From the NCBI GenBank assembly GCA_040220235.1, contig JAVJTO010000071.1: DNA of 64,000 bases. One strand, written 5' to 3'. Every line of letters starts with the position of its first letter. Positions within the stretch are counted from its first letter, which is position 1. This document shows positions 1-9,037 of the stretch, piece after piece. The notes beneath the pieces are model-generated. The model ran no database searches. It saw nothing but the letters and a program-made list of their open reading frames with translations, and had not been told where the DNA came from. The position numbers and the translations under genes are program-made. The DNA is from Coleofasciculus sp. B1-GNL1-01. Lineage in GTDB: Bacteria; Cyanobacteriota; Cyanobacteriia; Cyanobacteriales; Coleofasciculaceae.

Positions 1-140
1 GGTCATTGGTCATTGGTCATTGGTCATTGGTCATTGGTCATTGGTCATTGGTCATTGGTCATTGGTCATTGGTCATTGGTCATTGGTCATTGGTCATTGG
101 TCATTGGTCATTGGTCATTGGTCATTGGTCATTGGTTATT
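1..140. repeat. STRR heptamer tandem repeat (GGTCATT)19 plus one degenerate unit
   Basis: Directly visible; runs off the window start. The same family (TGACCAA/TGACAAA) recurs near 10820, 17130 and 42256. Confidence 0.97.
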
Positions 141-180
141 AGTCAAATCGTTCTCTCTTCAACATTGAGTCGGGGCGGGT

Positions 181-210
181 GTAGGGTGCGTTAGCGAAGC
201 GTAACGCACC
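181..210. repeat. REP-like GTAG-headed palindrome GTAGGGTGCGTTAGCGAAGCGTAACGCACC
   Basis: GGTGCGTTA/TAACGCACC inverted repeat; related copies at 28004 and 28591. Confidence 0.8.
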
Positions 211-224
211 ATTTCAAACTGAAA

Positions 225-1253
225 CTAACTCAGATGTAAGTTAACCATTAAGGTAAGCAAAAAGGTTAATTGGGCGGCGAGGGCAAATAAGTAAAGAATT
301 GTCCTAGCTTTAAAGACGGAGAACATTAAACCAATGGCTTTGATGTCTATCATTGGACCGAAGACCAAAAAGGCTAATAATGAACCACTGGTAAAGGTTG
401 AAGCAAAGGCGAGGGCGAAGAACGAGTCAACGGTTGAACAGATAGAAACAACGGCGGCTAATAGCATCATCGCCAGAATTGAGGTGACTGGACCCGAACC
501 CAAACTGAGGATGATTTCACGGGGAACGGCGACTTGAATCGTAGCCGCGATCGCACTCCCAATAATTAGCACCGCGCCTAACTCCCGTAACTCTTGCACG
601 GTATTATCTAAGAACAAACGCCAGCGATCGGACCACGGTTTCCGGGCGGGGGTAGCCGCGAGTGAGGCTTGGAGAACCGTCGCATCCATCCGCACAGGAG
701 TTCCCGGTTGACCCAGTAAAAATGTACCCGATTGTAGCAGGGCGGGTTGGGGTTCCTTTTGCGGAGGTGGTTTGACCTGGCATTCTCTGGGAAGCACCAT
801 GGAACGGGTGACAGTCTGTTGCAACAAGGGGCGCATATCTTTCTGAACGCTGAAGACGCAACCGATAACTATGGCAATACCCAGGGAAAACAAGACTCGT
901 AGGACGACAATTTCCGGCTGATCTCGAAACGCGACCCAGGTTGACCAAATTACAATGGGGTTAATCGTGGGGGCAGCTAGCAAAAACCCGATTGACACTG
1001 ATAGGGGTGCGCCTTGTAGCAGCAACCGCCGGGACACAGGCACATTTCCACATTCACACACCGGGAAGAAAAATCCCGCACAACTCCCCACAACCGCACC
1101 GAGGAAGGGGTTCTTGGGTAAAGACGCAATCAGCCGTCCCTCATCGACGAACAACAGCAGCAAGCCGGAAAATAAGACGCCAATGAGTAAAAATGGCATG
1201 GCTTCGACCAGCAAACTCAAAAAAAGGGTAAAGGCGTTGTTTAACTGACTCAT
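225..1253 (-). CDS. Permease, DUF318/UPF0718 family
   Basis: Multi-TM protein with motifs EAMPFLLIG, PVCECGNVP, SICSTVD and GPMID. Likely start is MSQLNNAF at 1253 rather than 1379. Confidence 0.88.
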   Translation of the reverse strand: MSQLNNAFTLFLSLLVEAMPFLLIGVLFSGLLLLFVDEGRLIASLPKNPFLGAVVGSCAGFFFPVCECGNVPVSRRLLLQGAPLSVSIGFLLAAPTINPIVIWSTWVAFRDQPEIVVLRVLFSLGIAIVIGCVFSVQKDMRPLLQQTVTRSMVLPRECQVKPPPQKEPQPALLQSGTFLLGQPGTPVRMDATVLQASLAATPARKPWSDRWRLFLDNTVQELRELGAVLIIGSAIAATIQVAVPREIILSLGSGPVTSILAMMLLAAVVSICSTVDSFFALAFASTFTSGSLLAFLVFGPMIDIKAIGLMFSVFKARTILYLFALAAQLTFLLTLMVNLHLS

Positions 1254-1488
1254 GCGTTTAAGCGTTTCGCGATCGAGGGTGTTTTTACACGTAAGCGCTA
1301 TTGTATCAGATAGTTTCCAGGGAGGGAGGGAAACGGGGATCAAGGGATAATAAGTACCATTCACGGTGCAATAAATCAAATCAGGATTTATACAAATTTA
1401 TGGTTTAACCACTATCTTTAGGGGACTGTTCATGAATCATTGGTGCCAACTTAAGCTCAAACATCTGCAATACCTTAAGACCGAACCC

Positions 1489-1565
1489 TTCCCTGATAGA
1501 CCCCTCCCTAACCCTCCCCTTGTCAAGGGGAGGGAATCAGGAACTCGAATGGCTTTGGTTAGGGA
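1489..1565. repeat. Dispersed palindromic repeat (CCCTAACCCTCCCCTT-GTC-AAGGGGAGGGA)
   Basis: Near-identical copy at about 51290-51345. Confidence 0.75.
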
Positions 1566-1606
1566 GTTAACATTAAGCCAATGATATCCATTAAGACATT
1601 TCCGGA

Positions 1607-2746
1607 ATGACAACCAATCCATTAAAATCAGCAAAAGCTCGTCTAATTGCGTTTTATCTACCACAGTTTCATCCGATTCCTGAAAATGATCAAGCCTGGG
1701 GAAAAGGGTTTACAGAATGGACAAATGTTGCCAAAGCCAAGCCCTTATTTCCCGGACATGACCAACCTAAAATTCCGGCTGATTTAGGCTTTTATGACTT
1801 GCGTGTACCCGAAGCCCGACAAGCGCAAGCGGAACTGGCAAGAGAGTATGGAATTGAAGGGTTTTGTTATTGGCATTATTGGTTTGCGGGTAAGCGGGTT
1901 TTAGAACGACCGTTTAATCAGGTCTTAAAATCAGGTGAGCCAAATTTTCCGTTTTGTTTAGCTTGGGCAAATCAAACTTGGACGGGGATTTGGCATGGTT
2001 GTCCGGATCGGGTTTTAATTGAGCAAACTTACCCGGGTTTGGCAGATTATACGACTCATTTTTATACGCTTTTGGAGGCGTTTACTGATCCCCGTTATAT
2101 CACGGTTGAGGGTAAACCTCTATTTTTGGTTTATAATCCGGAAGAGTTGCCAGACCCGAAACAATTTACGGATTGTTGGAGAGACTTAGCGATTAAATCT
2201 GGGTTAAAGGGACTCTATTTAATCGGTGTTGCCCGACATGAATACTGGTTTCCTGAATCGAATGGGTTTGATGCATCTATTGTTATCAATCCGGATTATG
2301 TTTTTACGCAGGCTTCAGCCCGAATTTTCCCAGGGAAGCGGAGTTTAACTAAAGTTAAGCAAAGGTTTAGTGCCTTTTCATCCCGGAGGTTCTACCAAAA
2401 ATATAAACAGTTTTCGGATTATCCACTACTTTACTCTTATGAAAAAGCGATCAAATGTGCTTTTAAGGGAAGTCACCCGTATTTTGTCACTTATCCCTGT
2501 ATCTTTCCGAATTGGGATAACACGCCGAGAACAGGTATCTATGGGTTGGTGTTTCTGAAATCAACGCCTGATTTATTTAGAGTTCATCTACAAGAGGCGA
2601 TTGAAACGGTATCGGAACGGGAATCGGAAAAGCGGCTAATTTTTATCCGCTCGTGGAATGAATGGGCGGAAGGAAATTATTTGGAACCAGATCTGAAATT
2701 TGGCAAGGCGTTTTTAGAGGTTATTCGCGATGAAATCTATAGTTGA
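1607..2746 (+). CDS. WbsX-like / GH99-like domain polysaccharide biosynthesis protein
   Basis: AFYLPQFH, WGKGFTEWTNV, LGFYDLR, WDNTPR and WNEWAEGNYLEPD motifs. Confidence 0.92.
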   Translation: MTTNPLKSAKARLIAFYLPQFHPIPENDQAWGKGFTEWTNVAKAKPLFPGHDQPKIPADLGFYDLRVPEARQAQAELAREYGIEGFCYWHYWFAGKRVLERPFNQVLKSGEPNFPFCLAWANQTWTGIWHGCPDRVLIEQTYPGLADYTTHFYTLLEAFTDPRYITVEGKPLFLVYNPEELPDPKQFTDCWRDLAIKSGLKGLYLIGVARHEYWFPESNGFDASIVINPDYVFTQASARIFPGKRSLTKVKQRFSAFSSRRFYQKYKQFSDYPLLYSYEKAIKCAFKGSHPYFVTYPCIFPNWDNTPRTGIYGLVFLKSTPDLFRVHLQEAIETVSERESEKRLIFIRSWNEWAEGNYLEPDLKFGKAFLEVIRDEIYS

Positions 2747-2761
2747 AATTCAAATCAGAAT

Positions 2762-2998
2762 CGGCGACTGGAAGTCACGGCTACACAAACCAAGTCCGCC
2801 TGCGCGGACTGGATGATAGAGGTTTGTAAACCGGGATTTGCTATGATTGTTGTGTTCACTATTTAGCAAGCCAATGGAAAATTGTAGAGCGTTAGCGAGT
2901 TGGGTGCATGTCAACACAAGTAGGTTGGGTTGAGGAACGTAGGCTCTCGCCTTCTCGTACTCGCCTAGGAGAACCCGAAGGGTAGAGTAATCCCACAT
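2762..2998. repeat. Cluster of cyanobacterial dispersed repeats, including a nested REP-like element
   Basis: CGACTGGAAGTCACGGCTACAC...AGTCCGCCTGCGCGGACT element, then GTAGGTTGGGTTGAGGAACG interrupted by a hairpin insert. Confidence 0.6.
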
Positions 2999-3130
2999 AT
3001 CGGGTTAGCTATTTGCCAAAGTCGTTGTAGTGAGTTATACTACATAAAAATTAGACAAAAGAACTGCTGATATAAAATCACGCAGTCTCCAAGTAGTGAG
3101 TGATAAATTGGTGAGATTAGATAACCTCAA

Positions 3131-6100
3131 ATGACATCAGATTCTTCTGCTACTACAGGTCTTATACAGGATTTAGAGAAACTAAGTCAAGACCCACGTC
3201 TTGCCAGAGTTTTCAGAGATTCCGGTGCTTGTTCTCTCCATTTGTGGCTACTGGAGTTAACGCAAGATACAAAGACAGAATATCGTCTTTTATTCGGATG
3301 GGTTATCCCGGCAACTTACAAAAATTCTGCTCAATGGTACATTTCAGACGGTGGGAAAAAGCAAAACTGGGGAACCGAAAACAATCCTTACAAATTCCGT
3401 ATAGCTAAACTAACTTTGTATCACGATAGCCATACTATTTTTAACCTTATCAAAGAACTTGTACAAGGATTTTCCTTAGAAAATTCGTGTAAGAAAGCTG
3501 GTATAGTTCCTCCAGCCCATAAAAAAAATTACTATGGTCAACTGTGTTTGGCAAAATCCCCAAGACAATTAGCCCAATCTTTCGCGGTTCGTCCAGTAAT
3601 ATTCCTTGAGACGGGACACACAAATAGAGGAAACATCAAAAGTCCAATTGAGGATGTGCCGGCTTTCGCTGGCTTTCTCTGGCAACTGGATAAACTGAGT
3701 CTTTTTTACCAAGATGAAAAAGATGTGCTATCACAAGCCGACGACTTGACAAGGAATTGTCTCTCCTATCTTACGGAGGAAACCGGACTCAACTTTTGCG
3801 GCGCAGACAGTGAACGGTTGGGTAATATCGAATGGTTATCTTTTCCAGCAGCAGATGAGTATGATAACTCTCGCGTAAAGATTGATACTGCCTCATCTCC
3901 TAGTAACGTCAAGATAACAGTCCTAGCAGGTACTTTTTGCCCAAAAACTCAAATACTTGTGCGTTGTCGCTTGTGGAATAGTGATGAGGTGATTTTAGAC
4001 AAATGCAAAATTAGTCATATCACTAATAACGATACAATAATTGATTTTATTTTTGACCAAGAAATCAATAGATTTCTTGTAACTATATGGAAATATGAAG
4101 TTACTGAAGAAACCTGGTCGATTTGGTACGAATACTCTTCTGGTCTTATTAAGCAGATTGGTTTCAATCTAGGAATGGCTAGCTTCCAGGCAAAATTACA
4201 GTCCGATTGGCTGGAAAAGTTTAAAGATTCAAAAAAATCTACTATTCGCAAACTTTTTGAAGAAGTTCAATCTGTTCAACGAGTGCATTACGATAAAACG
4301 TCGTCAGTTGGGGGATATGAACTTTCACCTTGGGTAGATGCTAATACAATTAGCAATAAACTAACTCAGCGACTTTTCTCTAAGTCATCAAGTGGACGTT
4401 TTTTTCCGAAAGGTTGGGCTACGGAGGAAGGTGGGCTTAGCTTCTTAGCGTGGCTTAAATCCCTAACTAAAAATTCTACAGCCAGTAAAATTTTACTTGT
4501 CGATCCCTATTTTGATACATCAGGTGTTGTAGAACTAATAGCACGAGCAGAAGCTACTCAAGTTGAGTATGTGGTTCTGACCAACACTCAAGTTAAATCA
4601 GATGATGATTCTTCCGCACTGGAGGACAACCCAATTCATGAAGTTAACACGATAGAAGAACCTGAAAGATCAAAACGTCTTAAAACAGCCTGTAAAAATT
4701 TAGGGTTTATTATTACGCAGTTAAAATTTAAATTGCTAGACCTAAGAAGCCGAAAACGAGGAAAAACTCAACTATTTCACGATCGGTATATTTTAGTTTT
4801 TGATGAATTAGGTGAAATTAAAATGGGTTATCATTTATCTAATTCTATTCAAGGTGCAACCCGAAATTATCCTCTCCTAATTACTCCCATTAATGGAGAA
4901 GTGTTGACGGCGGTCGAAAAGTATGTTATTGATTTGCTGACACCTGCTAATGATTCTCCTAATGAGATTATTACACTTTTTGATTCAAATAGAAACACTG
5001 ATACATCTTCTAATTATAATTCAAAGCATCAGCAAGGAATAGCTGCTATTCCTTATGCGGAGTTCTTTTTTGCTACCCTCCTGAATGAAGATAGATTGTC
5101 ATACCTAGAGGAATCTGAATTGAGCAATAATCTGCAAGATAAGGGGATTCTTATTAGGGAAGGCAGTGGGTTTACAGTTACTAAGCAAGTCAATGCACAG
5201 CTTAACTATTTTCTTCAGATTCTTATCGCTAGTAGTGAGAAAAATTTTGCCAAATTATGGACAGCATTGGGAGCATGGCTAGCCCATAGTCACCAGTCAG
5301 GTAAATACTTTGAGCAACTTGTTTACGAGGGAGATCAAAATCTATGTTTCAAAATTCAACGTTTTTTATCTCAGGCATCTTATCAAGAACCACCTATAGG
5401 CTCATTGGGCGCTAAGTATAGTCAAGAATTATTAAGTATCACTCATTTAATCAAACAGGATTTTCTCGAAGTAATAAGCGATATTGGTCAATTTTTAAAA
5501 GGGATAAATAATGATTACTCATTCTATAGATTTTATGATCGTTTTGGTATTAAGTATGCGGCAAAAGCAATGGCGATTCTCGATCCAGAAGGATTATTAA
5601 ATGTTATCACGGAGCTGCGACATACCTTAAACGAAAACAATTCTAACTATTGGGCGATCGCGAATACACTCACGTCAGTTATCAAGCAAATCTTAAATCA
5701 ACTCATCCAAATTCAGTATACTGGTGTAACAGATAACGGACTTTTATCCGCCCTGTTAAGAAGTGATGTTCCTCTACTTAGAGCTATTGCTGCACAAAGC
5801 ATATCTCCTTTACGGAATCAGCATATTGATCTACAAAAGGCGTTTAAGACTATAGATGTACTCCCAGAAAGAGAACGTATTTATGCTTTAGCTGAGTGGG
5901 TATTTGAACTAAGAATTAGAGCTAACCAAAATAATCGACATGAAAATGAAGAACTCAAGAATATCCGCTTACAAATTTTTGAGAAAATCCGTCAGGTGTG
6001 GGTTGAAAATTTATCGGCGAAGAAATTGCGCGATGTTGTTCATCGCCTCGGTGGTCCGATAGAGGGAAGCTGGGCAATATCTACAACCAATGAGCTTTTA

Positions 6101-6637
6101 TTACCGTTAGTAGAAGATAATAAACTGACGGTTGACGAAATTGCACAGCTATGGCTGACTATTCTCGTCGAGGGACTAGAAGCTTGTATTTCTGCCACAA
6201 TTCATAAGCCAGATAATCAATCATCTCGTTCCTGGTTCGACGAGCTGACAGATAGAGAACTTACTTTTACTTGTGGCTGGGCTATCGCTAATGCAACTGA
6301 AGATTGTCGAACAAACTGGCGCGACAAACTTAACAAGAAAATTTTCAACCCTGCTAAGCGAACTATAAACCGTCCATTTTCCCGTTCGCTGGATTTTTCT
6401 GCATGGAAAGGTGCTTGTGATAGCTTACTGTGGCTGAAAGTTTTAGTTGAAATCACTCGACTCTACGGAGCTGATGGAACAATATGTAAAGAAAATGAGC
6501 TTAAAGAATTGGTTACCAGGCTAGAGAAAATATTGGATAACATTGATATAAGACTTTGGACAGGCACGAAGGATATTCGAGAGTTCTTGTCTGAAGTTAA
6601 ACAGGATAGAGTAAAATACTTATCTTTGCCTGAATAA
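3131..6637 (+). CDS. Large VPA1262-family-like protein with a central PLD-like (DPY...HDR) nuclease domain; putative defence protein
   Basis: ILLVDPYF and FHDRYIL...GYHLSNS motifs, AT-rich codon usage and a helical C-terminal half. Family name is from recollection, not a search. Confidence 0.65.
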   Translation: MTSDSSATTGLIQDLEKLSQDPRLARVFRDSGACSLHLWLLELTQDTKTEYRLLFGWVIPATYKNSAQWYISDGGKKQNWGTENNPYKFRIAKLTLYHDSHTIFNLIKELVQGFSLENSCKKAGIVPPAHKKNYYGQLCLAKSPRQLAQSFAVRPVIFLETGHTNRGNIKSPIEDVPAFAGFLWQLDKLSLFYQDEKDVLSQADDLTRNCLSYLTEETGLNFCGADSERLGNIEWLSFPAADEYDNSRVKIDTASSPSNVKITVLAGTFCPKTQILVRCRLWNSDEVILDKCKISHITNNDTIIDFIFDQEINRFLVTIWKYEVTEETWSIWYEYSSGLIKQIGFNLGMASFQAKLQSDWLEKFKDSKKSTIRKLFEEVQSVQRVHYDKTSSVGGYELSPWVDANTISNKLTQRLFSKSSSGRFFPKGWATEEGGLSFLAWLKSLTKNSTASKILLVDPYFDTSGVVELIARAEATQVEYVVLTNTQVKSDDDSSALEDNPIHEVNTIEEPERSKRLKTACKNLGFIITQLKFKLLDLRSRKRGKTQLFHDRYILVFDELGEIKMGYHLSNSIQGATRNYPLLITPINGEVLTAVEKYVIDLLTPANDSPNEIITLFDSNRNTDTSSNYNSKHQQGIAAIPYAEFFFATLLNEDRLSYLEESELSNNLQDKGILIREGSGFTVTKQVNAQLNYFLQILIASSEKNFAKLWTALGAWLAHSHQSGKYFEQLVYEGDQNLCFKIQRFLSQASYQEPPIGSLGAKYSQELLSITHLIKQDFLEVISDIGQFLKGINNDYSFYRFYDRFGIKYAAKAMAILDPEGLLNVITELRHTLNENNSNYWAIANTLTSVIKQILNQLIQIQYTGVTDNGLLSALLRSDVPLLRAIAAQSISPLRNQHIDLQKAFKTIDVLPERERIYALAEWVFELRIRANQNNRHENEELKNIRLQIFEKIRQVWVENLSAKKLRDVVHRLGGPIEGSWAISTTNELLLPLVEDNKLTVDEIAQLWLTILVEGLEACISATIHKPDNQSSRSWFDELTDRELTFTCGWAIANATEDCRTNWRDKLNKKIFNPAKRTINRPFSRSLDFSAWKGACDSLLWLKVLVEITRLYGADGTICKENELKELVTRLEKILDNIDIRLWTGTKDIREFLSEVKQDRVKYLSLPE

Positions 6638-6687
6638 CACTGTCTCTATTCTAATTTTTAAGTATGTAAAAACAAATACAAAGAACC

Positions 6688-7317
6688 ATGTCATACAGTG
6701 ATTTTACCTTAGAAGACCTAGAAAACGACTTTAATCTGATTATCCAAGAGCGAGTTGAACTCTTTAACTCAGTAGAACCTGCCCCGCCTAGTCCACTATT
6801 AAGCGAAACACTCGACGAAAATATTCCTCTGGCATTAGAGATTAATACGGAAAAAGCGCGTTCTGAGATGATTGTTACTCCTATTCTCATCGAAGTTCGC
6901 CGAAAATACAACCGCCAGATCAGCCTATTTTCGGGAACTGACTTTAACATTGATAAAGACAGAGGACTTAACGGTCGATGTGATTTTATTCTCAGTCATT
7001 CGCCCAAACAGTTGGAAGTGACAGCACCAGTCGTCACCCTGGTAGAAGCTAAGAATGATAATATTAAATCAGAAATTCCTCAATGTATTGCCGAGATGCT
7101 TGCGGCTCAGATTTTTAATGAGCAGAAAAATAATGAAATTGGTTGTATTTATGGAGTTATTACAACCGGAAGTATTTGGAAATTTATCAAATTAGTCAAA
7201 ACGACAGTTTCTATTGAGCGCGGGGAACATTATCTGAATAATTTAGACGCGATTTTGGGGATTTTTTCACAGATGATCCAGACAACTCGTCCTCTATCTC
7301 TACCCTTAGAACTCTAA
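6688..7317 (+). CDS. PD-(D/E)XK nuclease-fold protein (HsdR N-terminal-like, cyanobacterial MSYSDFTL family)
   Basis: EKARSE, GRCDF, LVEAK, QCIAEM and GVITTG.W.F motifs. Confidence 0.75.
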   Translation: MSYSDFTLEDLENDFNLIIQERVELFNSVEPAPPSPLLSETLDENIPLALEINTEKARSEMIVTPILIEVRRKYNRQISLFSGTDFNIDKDRGLNGRCDFILSHSPKQLEVTAPVVTLVEAKNDNIKSEIPQCIAEMLAAQIFNEQKNNEIGCIYGVITTGSIWKFIKLVKTTVSIERGEHYLNNLDAILGIFSQMIQTTRPLSLPLEL

Positions 7318-7368
7318 GGTGTGCGATCGCTTGACTTGTGCAACTATTTTGTAGCATTATGAACGATA

Positions 7369-7437
7369 GTAGGGTCAGGGCGGGTTTATTCACGTCTAGG
7401 TCTTTTGCAGCAGATAATGGTAAAACCCGCCCCTACA
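7369..7437. repeat. REP-like element GTAG-GGGCGGGTTT...AAACCCGCCCCTACA
   Basis: Inverted arms; family members at about 10731, 17044, 38710, 56324-56410 and 63841-63925. Confidence 0.85.
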
Positions 7438-7452
7438 AACTTAACTTCTGCT

Positions 7453-8469
7453 GTGTCTACCACTGTTATCGATTCAGTGCAAATTGAACAGGCTGATGTG
7501 TTGAGCCGCTATTTCGCTTGGCAAGCGCCAACAGTTATCATCTCAGATGGTGCTTATGGATTAGGACTTTTCCCAGGTGATCCGCCAACACCAACGGATT
7601 TAGCAGATTGGTATGCACCTCATATTAAAGCTTGGTCACGCTATTGTTTACCAGAGACAACGTTGTGGTTTTGGTGTAGTGAAATTGGCTGGGCTACCGT
7701 TCATCCGATTTTGGTCAAGGAAGGTTGGCAATACCGTTCTGTGAATGTTTGGGATAAAGGTGTTGCCCATATTGCTGGCAATGTTAATAGTAAGACAATA
7801 CGTCGTTTTCCGATTGTGACTGAAGTTTGTGTACATTATGTACGAGAGGTGCAACTTCAGACGGGTGATGGTTATCAATTGCCGATGCAACAGTGGCTGC
7901 GTCATGAGTGGCTTCGGACGGGACTTACTCTGAGTAAAACGAATGAGGCTTGTGGGGTCAAAAATGCGGCGACTCGTAAATATTTTACCAAGGATCATCT
8001 GTGGTATTTCCCGCCACCCGACATGATGGAACGGATTGTTACTTACGCTAATCGCTATGGTCAACCGACAGCAATCCCTTACTTTTCCATCGATGGTAAA
8101 TCGCCAGTTACGGCGGAACAATGGTCAAAAATGCGAGCTAAATGGCATCATAGTCATGGAATTACAAATGTTTGGTCGGAACCTGCAGTTCGGGGTAAGG
8201 AACGCCTGAAAAATCGGCAGGCAAAATGCCTTCATGGGAATCAGAAGCCTTTACGTTTAATTGAATTGATTATTCTGGCAACTAGCGATGTTGGTGATGT
8301 GGTGTGGGAACCGTTTGGCGGGATGTGTTCAGCCGCCGTCGTGTCGTTACGCAAGGGTCGGCGGTGTTATAGTGCAGAAGTTAATTCGGATTATTATCAA
8401 TTGGCGAAAGCACGGTTGGAACGAGAGTACGAGCGGATTAATTCGTTTCTGTTCCCGGAATTTCTGTGA
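7453..8469 (+). CDS. Site-specific DNA methyltransferase (N4-C/N6-A, beta-class motif order)
   Basis: N-terminal motif-IV-like ISDGAY, then H.NQKP and the SAM-binding WEPFGG. The upstream TTG start lies inside a repeat, so GTG 7453 is preferred. Confidence 0.85.
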   Translation: MSTTVIDSVQIEQADVLSRYFAWQAPTVIISDGAYGLGLFPGDPPTPTDLADWYAPHIKAWSRYCLPETTLWFWCSEIGWATVHPILVKEGWQYRSVNVWDKGVAHIAGNVNSKTIRRFPIVTEVCVHYVREVQLQTGDGYQLPMQQWLRHEWLRTGLTLSKTNEACGVKNAATRKYFTKDHLWYFPPPDMMERIVTYANRYGQPTAIPYFSIDGKSPVTAEQWSKMRAKWHHSHGITNVWSEPAVRGKERLKNRQAKCLHGNQKPLRLIELIILATSDVGDVVWEPFGGMCSAAVVSLRKGRRCYSAEVNSDYYQLAKARLEREYERINSFLFPEFL

Positions 8470-8484
8470 TGGTAATGTAATGGT

Positions 8485-8603
8485 ACTGGCGTGGCACACC
8501 AAATTTGATAGATTAGAATTACGACCGGAAATTGTAGGGGCGCACGGCGTGCGCCCGATTTAATGGTTAAATAGATTCCACTATTTTAGCTGTGTTATAC
8601 CAG
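8485..8603. mobile_element. MITE-like repeat with internal GTAGGGGCGCAC..GTGCGCCC palindrome
   Basis: Imperfect terminal IRs; similar copy at about 12540-12636. Confidence 0.55.
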
Positions 8604-8754
8604 TAAGCTGTCATGCATTTAAATTGGGTATTAGTAGCGAGCAAGATGCAAAGCCTGCGGCATGGCTTCGCTAAAGCCTTCGGCATGGCTTCGCTAAACG
8701 CACTACAAGGATTTCATGATTATTGATATTAAGGTTTAAATGCCGAACAGCTTA
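8604..8754. mobile_element. MITE with TIRs TAAGCTGT..GCATTTAAA / TTTAAATGC..ACAGCTTA
   Basis: TIRs with TA ends; internal nested duplicated short repeat AAAGCCT.CGGCATGGCTTCGCT. Confidence 0.75.
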
Positions 8755-8845
8755 AGCGGAGCATTTTTTCTGGGTAAACTAACGCCATCGTTAGCTTGAA
8801 CTGAACTAAATATTTGTCGTAGCGAGGCAAACGTTGATGGCGCTA

Positions 8846-9030
8846 AAGCGCAACTACGAACGTCTAAACAATTGCTTGTCACACCCAATCTCGCTTATGC
8901 AAAAGTTCAACCGACTTGAGAGTTTTGTGCTGTCCCTGACAGGCTTCAGGGCAAAAAGGGAGTTACTTCGGTTTGGTACGTTGCTCATCTTTCAGGGGAC
9001 TGATGCAAATCTACGTCTGATGGCGCAATA
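8846..9030 (-). ncRNA. ssrS: 6S RNA (SsrS/SsaA)
   Basis: Minus strand reads CAGTCCCCTGA...GTACCAAACCGA...TCGGTTGAAC, matching conserved 6S blocks as recalled from E. coli 6S. It folds by eye into an about 180-nt rod with a central bubble and an apical CCCTGA/TCAGGG stem. Ends are approximate. Confidence 0.75.
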
Positions 9031-9037
9031 ATCAAAG

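Noticed and set aside
6..194. ORF of (VIGHWSL)n
   Set aside because: Translation of the heptamer STRR, not a gene.
8834..9031. 65-aa plus-strand ORF
   Set aside because: Coincides with the antisense strand of the predicted 6S RNA.
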